A stretch of 64,000 nt of DNA from Xylographa opegraphella (lineage: Eukaryota), in contig JALDZX010000037.1 in assembly GCA_022813865.1 (NCBI GenBank), positions 1 to 64,000 of the forward strand. Reading direction: 5' to 3'. Shown piece after piece: positions 54,881 to 64,000 of the stretch. The position numbers and the translations under genes were made by a program. Position 1 is the stretch's first letter, and each line of letters begins with the position of its first letter. The notes under the pieces were generated by a model. It made no database searches. It was given only the letters and a program-made list of their open reading frames with translations, and was not told where the DNA came from.

Positions 54881-57157
54881 GGGTAGTTGGGGGGTGGGAT
54901 TGATGTTCCGGAGGGTGGGCGATGGCGCTACTGCCTGTGGGAGGGAGCGTGAGGGGGGGGGTGGAGGGGGGTGCTGTGGTTGATGCCTTACCTTAGGGTT
55001 TCAATAACTAAGGTACGTCTGCACTGGGTAAGGTAGGTAGTTTAGGGCTAGTTGAGGGAGATGAGACTCGGGTACCAAGGTTTTATGGAGCCGTGGTGTT
55101 TAGGCATTGAGTTTCGCTACGGCAGGTAAGATACCTAGCTACGAAAGAGATGCTAATGGTAAGGTTACTCGGCGGTGCGGGCAAGGCACAAACAAAAGCG
55201 AATGAATTGATTCAAAGACCAACGCGACGGTCAGTCCGAAGTTGGAGGAAAGACCTCAAAAAGCGTGTGATGTCTGACCAAGGCGTTACCGCATACGACA
55301 GTCCGAGGCTCATAGTCGAAAGTCGGAGGATTTGCTCCAATTGTCGGATGACCAACCAAGCGACGATTTCAGTTCCACCATCCATGATCCAGACTCTTCT
55401 GGCAGACGTCCAACGTGCTTGGATCGGCCCAAAAGGTTCGCGAGGATTATTGCATGGTGGAAAGGCCTGCTGTGGGGTGGAACGGGTGCGCATGCGGCGT
55501 GGGTGGGGGGCCACCAACGTTTCAGCAACAACACAAACTTCGAGGATGGCATGCCTGATTCCTGACCCGAGGCTTATATGGGCACTCTGTGGGCGAGAGG
55601 CCGTGCTGTCGAGCTGCACCGCCGTATACCTTAGATTGCGTGCGTGTCTTGTTTAGAGTTCTCCGGCCGGAGGGTTTGCAATCTATGCTTAGCCGCGCAC
55701 GAGGGCTTCGCCTTGAAGACCCACGTCGGGATTTGTTGTAAAGTCACTCTCATGCCCTGGGAGGCATAGGGACATATCTCTAGTCGAGTGAAACATCGAT
55801 CGCGTGGCCGAGAGAATTGTCATCCGGCGAATCAGACCAACCAATCGTCTGTCCCGCTCGTACGGCCTAGTACAGTATCCACGGTTCTGGGAGAGCGGGC
55901 TGTGCTTCTGCTTTGTAGGCTTTATCGACTAACAAGCCATGCATCATTCAAATCGCGAAGAACTGCACCGGCGACCTAGGAGTCGTAATTGCCGGGCGGC
56001 TTGTTGGTCACTGGTCGGAAGACCGTGATGATCATGAAAGGAGCTTCCAGTACCTCGACTCCGAGTTCCCGATATTAGCACACTAGAAACACCCAATCTA
56101 GTATTCATGGAGATCACTGTAAGGAAAGCATCAGTGGTGATCCATGCCACCTATAGGTAATTGTAGCCAGCTTGCAGTCGCCGTTCCAGCAGCTTTCGAT
56201 GGAGCATTGGATCCTCTCGGACGGATTCGTCCTTCGAAGTCGACTTGTCTCGAAACTCATAAGCCCCCGAGCTGAGTGTCAGTGGTATACAAGTTTTCGG
56301 CTCCACTCCTCTTGGTTCCTCAATCTCCAACGGATGGAGGAATTTCGACAACTAGAAGCATAAAACCAAGCGCAAAGCGCAGCGTAGTAAACAATGTCGA
56401 GGTGTAGGAAAGACAAGAATTCCTCAAAAAGAGCACCTGGCAGCAGTGAAGGCTTCGAGTAGGCATGTATTATATCATCTGAGACGAAGTTTCATGATAA
56501 GAATGTGGAGAGCACTCGATGACTCAACTTGTGCTCGGCCCTCCGATTCTGCGCTAGCATAGAACAATTACCCAGCTCAAGCTTCAAAGGTATAAGTACT
56601 CCTCTAATAATGGGAACGAAATACATGCTACTCCGTACGATATGGAGCAAATGCTTGGATTGTTATTGATTGTCGAGGATTTAAAGCGGCCCCTTGCTGC
56701 TAGGTCCTCCGTCCTAAGATATAGCGGGAGATTTGCGGGTCTCTCGCCTAATCCAGGGCCTGTTTGTCACAGTAACAGCTGGAAAACATCTTCGCCATGC
56801 ACTTAACTCATCCATTTCACCATGCCCTTGACACTTACCTTTTACGCTGTACGCACGAGATCGGGTGTATGTGATGGCAAAGACCGCTCCACAGAGTACA
56901 GTTCGGGCAGACATTCCCCCGATTGATCCGGTGCTCAATGGCAGTGTGCCTAACCTCCTAACCTGTTGGGATCTCGGGTCCGAGACCGTCCGCTACGTGC
57001 GTTAATGCTCGCAAGTGGGCGTATGTCAACCCTAACTATGGAACACGGGCGTTCGAACGTCCAAGTGACACCTCGTATCTCGTCAGCGTCGCCCTTTTTG
57101 CGTTGTGCTTATATAGACCGTCTCCTTTGGTTCAGCTAACCTCCCTCTCTCTCCACG

Positions 57158-58179
57158 ATGCCAATTCTACCGTTGTCTTTATCCGTCATGTCTTCCGTCA
57201 AATGGGCCATCATGAAAGATGAAGCCGAGTTGAGCACCTTACTACTTATCGGAGCTGGTCTACAATCATTGCTCGTACTCCTCCTCCCTGCCTATGTTGC
57301 CATCCTGCCCGCTTGCCTTCTTCTTCTGTCTCGCGCTGCCTCCACTTATCTAAGCACCCTCGGCCTCATCTCTAATCCACGCCTCGAAGGTGTCAGTAAA
57401 GGGAAGATATGGGCCGCGTATCCAGATCCAAAGGGCGACTCGACCGAGAGAGCCCCTAAGAATAATGTCGTTGTTTTTGTTCTAGGAGCTCGGTCGAACC
57501 AGTTTGTAGCCAAGGTTACCCACGCGTAATGGAATACATTATTGACCTGCTATTAGTCCTCTGGGCCGCTTCTCCCCGGAATTCCGGGAGATGGGCAAGT
57601 ACTTTCAGTCCATGTGGAAAGAAGCCGAGGAGAATCGAGAGTTATATGGCTGTAAGAATCACTCCGTCCAAACTCCTTATCTATCTACCAACATGGCAGT
57701 TATATCGGTTCATAAGTATGTATACTAACAGTGACAGATCTCGGCAAAACCTTCCCCTTGACGTCCGCCGAGCAAGGCTCCGGCAACGTCCTGCTCACGC
57801 TCTCCTACTGGAAAAGTATCGAGCATCTCCATGCTTTTGCTCGTGGACCGACTCATCGAGCGGGCTGGGACTGGATGAACAAGCAGCTTAAAAACAGCCA
57901 TAGTCTTGGTATCATGCACGAGACGTACATGGCGCCATACGGGCATTGGGAGAATGTCTACGCGAACTTCAGACCTTTCGGCTTTGGTAAGCTGACCGTG
58001 CTTTACTGGTCGTCGTGTTGTTAACCATTCAAGCAGCACAAACCAAGCACTTGGTGCACAATACGAAGACCGAGTCAGGCGAGTCGCGGAAGCTCGTAGG
58101 CGCCCAAATTGAAACTCGAGGAACCCGACTTGGAGGTATGTATACACGAATGGGAAGGAAGGAGGAGGCAAAGCAGTAG
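57158..58179 (+). CDS. DUF4188 / af470-like putative monooxygenase, 3 introns
   Basis: Hydrophobic N-terminus; VVFVLGARSN, SYWKSIEHLHAFA, HRAGWDW, GIMHETY, WENVY. Spliced end ...RMGRKEEAKQ*. Confidence 0.8.
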
Positions 58180-59596
58180 AAGTGGTCGAGGCCTAAGGTA
58201 AAGCACGAAACCTACGAGACCTACAGGCAGCGCTTTCAGGATACTGCCAGGCCTCTAACCAACATTATCCCTGATCAAATTCCGAACCAAACCGCCATGT
58301 TCCGCGTGAGCATCAACCACGTACCATGCTCGGATCAAGAAGTACCATTATATATTACCATTAAATTATCCTTGGCTTATGGCAATGGCGGAATACCAGA
58401 TCTTCGCCACACCGCCATGTACAGCGCTAATTGTTCCCTATATCCCGAATGTCACCTGATGACTATATGCATGTAACGTCTCTATCAACCGGAGGCACAA
58501 GCTGGTTGCTGGGATGCTTGGTACTTGGCGCTTAATCATGCATGTACGTAAAGTATACTTAGAGTTAACTTCAGGGTCAAATGTTAAACCTCAAGGTACC
58601 TGCCTAAACGTACCACGAATACAACAATATGTTTGACCCTGACACCGATTGTAGCGTCTAGTCAACCGTGCCGTGCCTCGTCCGTGCCTCGTCCGTGCCG
58701 CAAACCGTCCCAACGTACCTAAGAAATGACCTGTCCTAGAACCATGTATCGCAAGCCACACGCCTCCCTATCCCCAAAAGCGCTCTCCTCCTCATATCGA
58801 CCGCAAAGATAAAAAAAACTCCGATCATTCAAACGCATCCGCCAGTCCCCCACAGGCCAAACCCGGGGGGGTGCCCAGAAAAGCATTCGCGTATGGGCTG
58901 GGGCATTTACAGGGGGTAATGACATGTGTCACGTTTCGGGCTTATTTTCTCCGAGCGAAAAATGTCCTACAAGCGAGGAGCGCTGCACGGCCGCAGGCTT
59001 TTGCTCGATGTACTTAGATACAGGTACCTGGTCACCCGAAGCAATGAATTAATCCCGCCCATCGACGAAGGTCGGTCAGCGCTTTTTGGACGTATTGAGA
59101 TCGTGACGAAGCCGGAAAAGGAGACGGATGTCCGTTCGACCGGAACTCTCCCTCGTCCCGATAGCACATGCGCGCTGGCTCGTTTCCAACCAGAGCGCTA
59201 TACCACGAGCCAGACAGCGGGAGTTGCGGGGAACTGGCCCTTGGTGCTGGGCGGACGGGACGCATAGGGATGGACAAGCTCGCCAAGTGCACAACCCACT
59301 CGTGTGGCAATGGGGGGGGGCTTCACGGACTTTACTCGAGGCGTTGCGATACAGCCGCTTACGAAACACAGAGAGAGGCCATGGGTGTCGCACGATCAGG
59401 TGCGAGGAGAGCTTGGCTGTGGGAGAATGTGGTTGCGGGAAACATTATTATCTTCGTATATTTGTTCTTTCGTGGCGGGGCCGCACGGGAGCAATTCGTG
59501 CTTGTTGACTTTATCATCGCCAAAGTCGCCGGTTCTTCTTCACCGATGAACAATCTTATGTGCCTCTCTCTTCTCAATCCGGTTTGACTTCTTCCC

Positions 59597-60418
59597 ATGC
59601 TTGCCATCCACCTTCTGCTCGCTTTGCTGTTCGTGCGCGCCGGCCTCGCTGCCCTCGACCAGATCGTTTGTCACGACGACCTTCGTCAAACGATAGCCGT
59701 CAATGCCGGCGTGGGTACCACGCTCAACGAGCGTATTGTCAGCCTTGCCGAGAGGGCCTTCCAGCCAGGAGTGAGCCCGGGAACCCGCGCCCGATTGGCG
59801 AGCTTCCTTTCCCATAATGAGAATTATCCTCCCACCCTCGCTCGGCTCTATGCCACTCCCCAGCCTCTCGAGCACCCGATGACGGCCGCCGAGTGTCTCG
59901 AAGTGTTATCACTGATTCCTGATTCTTCGTCTTACGTCGACCCCCACAACCCTGGCACCCATACCCGTCTCAATCTTGCCTACCCCGACACTCAGCGCCA
60001 ACGCATTCTCCAGTATCGGCTCGACACTATTCTCGTGGCCGGAAACTGCGCTGTTCAGATCCTCCGACGACCTGGGCAGGACCCAGCCACAGATGGACTC
60101 CGACATGCCGACACTTCCGCAATGGCGCTCACCGTGTATCCACACGCGCGCGACAAGGCACTCGATGTGATTCGGCAGTGCTTATCTGGGGAAGGAGGAC
60201 AGCAGCAGCATCGATTCGGCTACGTGGGGACGAGAAGCGTGCTCAACGGGCTTGCGATGGATTACGTCGTTGCTGTGACGCTGTGGCTCGGCGACCCGTC
60301 GCTCACGAATCCGGGCGCGCATTTCTATAACCAGTACGGGGAAATGCAGGCACCGAATCACGGTGCTCCCGGCTATGCGGGGCCCGTTTCTTTCCCCTTC
60401 GGTCACGCCTTCAACTGA
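59597..60418 (+). CDS. Intronless secreted protein, 273 aa, effector-like
   Basis: Signal peptide MLAIHLLLALLFVRAGLAA; Cys pattern ECLEVL..IP / GNCAVQI / VIRQCL. Confidence 0.75.
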   Translation: MLAIHLLLALLFVRAGLAALDQIVCHDDLRQTIAVNAGVGTTLNERIVSLAERAFQPGVSPGTRARLASFLSHNENYPPTLARLYATPQPLEHPMTAAECLEVLSLIPDSSSYVDPHNPGTHTRLNLAYPDTQRQRILQYRLDTILVAGNCAVQILRRPGQDPATDGLRHADTSAMALTVYPHARDKALDVIRQCLSGEGGQQQHRFGYVGTRSVLNGLAMDYVVAVTLWLGDPSLTNPGAHFYNQYGEMQAPNHGAPGYAGPVSFPFGHAFN

Positions 60419-60929
60419 ACTGTCGGCTTGCGAGCGCCTGAGAAGACTTTTCTCGGGCCATTTCTCGGGCCTTCTAGTGTAGGCGGGGTGGATCAGGCTC
60501 AAGGACTGTGCTTTGATCAGCTCTGGGTAGTTTCAATACAAAAGACATTATTTGATCCCCAGGGACCTACGTGCGTGGTTCGAGTCACAACGTACCTCTT
60601 TATTGTGAAGGGTAAGCGTAAGCGGATGAATTCCTCCAAGAGGTTGCTATGGTGCTACATTAACCGGTGCCCTTTGAAATAAAATGCGGGAGGAGTTGTC
60701 GGGCTCTTCAGTCGTCATGGAACCAAAGAAATAATCTCAATGGTCCAATGTCAACCCCGATCGGATATTGGCTGAGTGTGGATCTATTGTCCCTTGGATA
60801 TCTATTGCCTATGCTGCCGAATTCCCGAGTCTTCCAAGCCGGTCTAGTGGCGCTACAACTCAAGTAAGCTGCATTCGCGAACCTATATTTCCATAAGTAC
60901 AAATTCGCGAAACGATAACAACCATTGCT

Positions 60930-61595
60930 TTAGCTCACCAAAAACGCGATCGGTTTCCGTCCATCAGGCATACCGGCAGGCCATAATGCACGCTCGTCGA
61001 GAATTGACTCAAGAAACAGACTCCATCCTGATATCATGTCCTTGGCGCGGTCGTGGTTGATTAGAATCTGTACGACCCGCAATTTCATGCAAAACCGGCA
61101 CACAACTTGAAGGAAATTTTTCAAGTATTTTGCACGCAGTGGTAATTTCTCTGTCACCCAGAGCTGATTCCACCGGCCGTTCACTCTGATCCCTAAATCC
61201 TGGAGATTTTCAAGCGAGTGCAGACCCTCCACCAACCAGAACTTGTCCCAGCGCCAATTTTTGAGGTTTCCAGTGCGCAAGATCACGCGCTGTATGTGGA
61301 TTTTGCGGTGGTGCTGGAAAAAACTTGCCCAATCGTCGTTCATGAGCTCAAACACGTTGTTCTCGTAGAAGAGCTTGTATAAGTATTCTCGATTGAAAGC
61401 ACGGCAGGTGCGTAATATACCAGCAGCGTACCCGCCTGGCCTGCTCAGACTCCCCGGTGGACATCCGATGGCCACGGGTGTAGTCGAGTATACGCTCTCC
61501 TTCGCTATCAGCAGTTGGATTTCAGGCAATAGCTTGTCAAAGGGGAATGTCGAAGCTGTTTGATCCTTCAACCTGCTTGACCGAGGGTCTTCCAT
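60930..61595 (-). CDS. Hypothetical protein with an F-box-like N-terminal motif
   Basis: FPFDKLLPEIQLLI ... ILRTCRAFNRE ... FYENNVF, a pattern common in expanded fungal F-box-like families. Confidence 0.65.
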   Translation of the reverse strand: MEDPRSSRLKDQTASTFPFDKLLPEIQLLIAKESVYSTTPVAIGCPPGSLSRPGGYAAGILRTCRAFNREYLYKLFYENNVFELMNDDWASFFQHHRKIHIQRVILRTGNLKNWRWDKFWLVEGLHSLENLQDLGIRVNGRWNQLWVTEKLPLRAKYLKNFLQVVCRFCMKLRVVQILINHDRAKDMISGWSLFLESILDERALWPAGMPDGRKPIAFLVS

Positions 61596-61949
61596 GATGG
61601 GTCATGGAGAATGCGCTAGTATCTGTTGAATGAAGCTCATAAGTACTAATTCCCCTCCCAACTGCATGATCAAAGCCTGTAGAGCTTCAGTTTCAAATGT
61701 AAGAGTTGTACTATCCACTCGCCCAAGGCGCGCTTAAAATTCCTTTCGGGCGCTACAAAGTAGTTGGTGGAGACTAACTCAATATAGCTTAGACACTGTC
61801 CAGTCCGAGCTAGAGCCACACATTGGCGCCTGAGTCCGGGGTAACAGCTCGACGCCTTCTGCAGCCAAGACATCCCACTCCTGCCAACTCTATTTGGCCG
61901 ATATCATCGCCCAGACCTTTGACATCGGGAGACTATAGGACCAGCCATT

Positions 61950-63141
61950 ATGTGCCGGTACCATAAAGATTCTATCCAACCTGGACCACGCTGACCCTTA
62001 TGCTAGCTGGTTTGCATATGTGTCAGCGAATGAGGAGTGTTTGCTGGAAGACGTCCTAATCACCCCCGTAACTCCTAGACTTGTACCACCCCACATAGAG
62101 GACAGCTGTTGACTGTCCCTACAGGCACACTCACTTGCCAAACAAGTTCACGAGCACTATCTGCCAAAACTTCTCTCTCATGATCCCAATGAAATCACCA
62201 CGGAGCACGAGATTACCGCTCGCAATCGCCTCTTCAACGTCGATGGCTTTGGAGTAGCCTGGTATTCCCCAGCCAAAGAAGATTTTGGACAATGTGCTGG
62301 TCTACGACCAGCCTTGTACAAGTGTGCTCAACCGCCTCTTCATGACACCAATTTCCGAAGCCTCTGTGCCAATACAGCGACAAAGGCTTGCTTTGCGCAT
62401 ATTCGAGCAGCTACAGCCACTCCCATTGTTTCGGTCAACAACCATCCTTTCGTTTTTGTACGTATAAGTGCGGTTGACATGTTGAGTCGTCTGGGTTGCT
62501 AAACTGATAAGGGTCGACATGCGTTCATGCATAATGGTGTAGTTGAGAGCTTTGTTGAGATATCGCGAGACATGTGCCAGCTGATGGACGATGATTCCTA
62601 TGCCAACATCAGTGGATCGACCGACTCAGAACATTTCGCCGCGCTATATATCACCTTCCTGACAGAGGGAAAGGGCAAAAGCTCGTGGGAACAACAGTAT
62701 TCGGTCACAAAGATGAGAGACGCAATGAAGAAAACAGTCAAGACGGTAGTCGAGCTACAGAAATCGAAACTCGGAGACAAATGTGAGGCAAATAGCTTGA
62801 ACATTGCGACTACTGATGGATGTGTCTTGTTCGCAATGAGATTTCGAAATCATGCTCATGAACAGCCTCCTTCACTTTACTGGTCTTCCAAGGCGGGCGT
62901 AACAATGAACTCAAAGTACCCCGATCATCCGGACGGCAAGGAAAATCCACGGGCATACATGAAACCAGAGGAGCACGGCAGCCATGTCATTGTCGCGAGT
63001 GAGCCTTCGACCTACAAGGCCAAGGAATGGAACTTGATCGAGAAGAATTATTGCATCATGGTGGAGGCTGATGGAAGCCTGAAAGTGGAGGAAATAGCAT
63101 ATCCTGCGGAGCTGAACTCCAGTGCCATAGGTGCCCTGTAA
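61950..63141 (+). CDS. Class II glutamine amidotransferase (Ntn hydrolase, Dug3/EgtC-like), 3 introns
   Basis: Spliced start M-C-R-W-F-A-Y (Cys2 nucleophile), NVDGFGVAWY, FAHIRAA, NNHPF, FMHNG, GSTDSEH, VASEP. Confidence 0.9.
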
Positions 63142-63417
63142 AAATTGAAAAAAGTTATGATGGTGATCTATTCAGACTCACTTTGCGGCAGGACAGTCTA
63201 TATAAGAGTCTTCTCGTAGATTTGGCAAGAGGGTGGTTCAATGTAAACAAACCCATAACCCTTTAAGGCTCAATAAGCGAAGCGGGCCAGCTCTTCTTCA
63301 TGACGTCTTCTCCACATGTCACACTCTGACAGCTACCCAGCTTGATATCATGGCGTCCACCTCACCACCCGTGGAACCTGGCTCTCCACTGCAATCCCAC
63401 TCATATCGTCCCATGAA

Positions 63418-64000
63418 ATGCCGGCCCAAGATCCCTCGCACGCGCAGGCGCTCCAAGACCAGTACGAAATACGCCCCGACCCTGTCGCCCTGACGCACAA
63501 CAACGATGAGCCATCGCAGAACGCCGCTTCGGGCGTCGACTATGAACCGCACCCGGAGAAGTCCATCCCCCTCTCCGCCGAGCACGAGAAGATCCTGAAG
63601 GCCATCACCAGCCTCTACAGCGGCAGCGCGAGCAAGGAGGACATGGAAGTCTACGCCCACGACGCCATCTACGACGATCCTTGGAGCTACTGCGACACGC
63701 GCTACAAGATTGCCGGGCAGTGGTATGGTGAGAAGCCCTCCGTCGATCGCGATCCGACACTCGGCACCATTGGCTCACAAAGTCCTCGTGGCGACATAGG
63801 GATCCCGAAAATCATGGCTTCGTCCCAGACGCTGGCGACGGAGGTCGTGTCCGATAAGCCGACGGAGATCATATATAAGCAGAAGCAGGAGTATAAGCCG
63901 CGGCCGCTGTATGTCAGCAAGGCGGTCAATAGCTTGGTGACGCTGACCCTGGACGGGGAGGGGAAGGTCCGGTATCATAAGGATCAGTGGAACGAGAAGG
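63418..64000 (+). CDS. Conserved fungal protein, SnoaL/NTF2-like, truncated by the window end
   Basis: MPAQDPSH...AIYDDPWSYCDTRYKIAGQWYG|IPK...KVRYHKDQWNEK. Intron 63728-63799. Absent from the ORF track because there is no stop before the window end. Confidence 0.75.
   Translation, partial: MPAQDPSHAQALQDQYEIRPDPVALTHNNDEPSQNAASGVDYEPHPEKSIPLSAEHEKILKAITSLYSGSASKEDMEVYAHDAIYDDPWSYCDTRYKIAGQWYGEKPSVDRDPTLGTIGSQSPRGDIGIPKIMASSQTLATEVVSDKPTEIIYKQKQEYKPRPLYVSKAVNSLVTLTLDGEGKVRYHKDQWNEK

Noticed and set aside
57027..57036. Telomerase RNA template-like CAACCCTAAC (also the reverse-strand match near 54995)
   Set aside because: An 8-9 nt match is expected by chance in 64 kb, and I recognised no pseudoknot or CR4/5 domain.
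60570..60595. tRNA T-loop-like GGTTCGAGTC
   Set aside because: The T-stem does not pair and no cloverleaf can be built.

Overview
Gene-dense eukaryotic DNA from a filamentous ascomycete (Pezizomycotina), judged from short GT-AG introns with CTRAC-type branch points and fungal-type proteins. There is no CRISPR array, rDNA, tRNA or recognisable transposase. About 19 protein genes are supported. The recognisable ones are a DLD2-type FAD dehydrogenase, Ubp15/USP7, a mitochondrial PDK/BCKDK kinase, an atypical ATP-dependent DNA ligase, Vps1, intein-free Vma1, Gid7/WDR26, Cdc16/Cut9, Nrp1, an RmlD-like reductase, Ade6, a DUF4188 protein and a class II glutamine amidotransferase. Several orphans are also present, including two intronless secreted proteins. 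A U4 snRNA gene lies at 43472-43604 (-). The most interesting signals are: (1) a gene at 1428-2788 whose product has the ABBA-KEN-D-box arrangement of the APC/C-Cdh1 pseudosubstrate inhibitor Acm1; (2) three stem-loops just downstream of it with a conserved apex and unrelated but still pairing stems; (3) a C-rich to G-rich strand switch around U4 that recurs at other intergenic loci, two of which enclose structured candidate ncRNAs with complementarity to LSU rRNA. All assignments were made by eye, without database searches.
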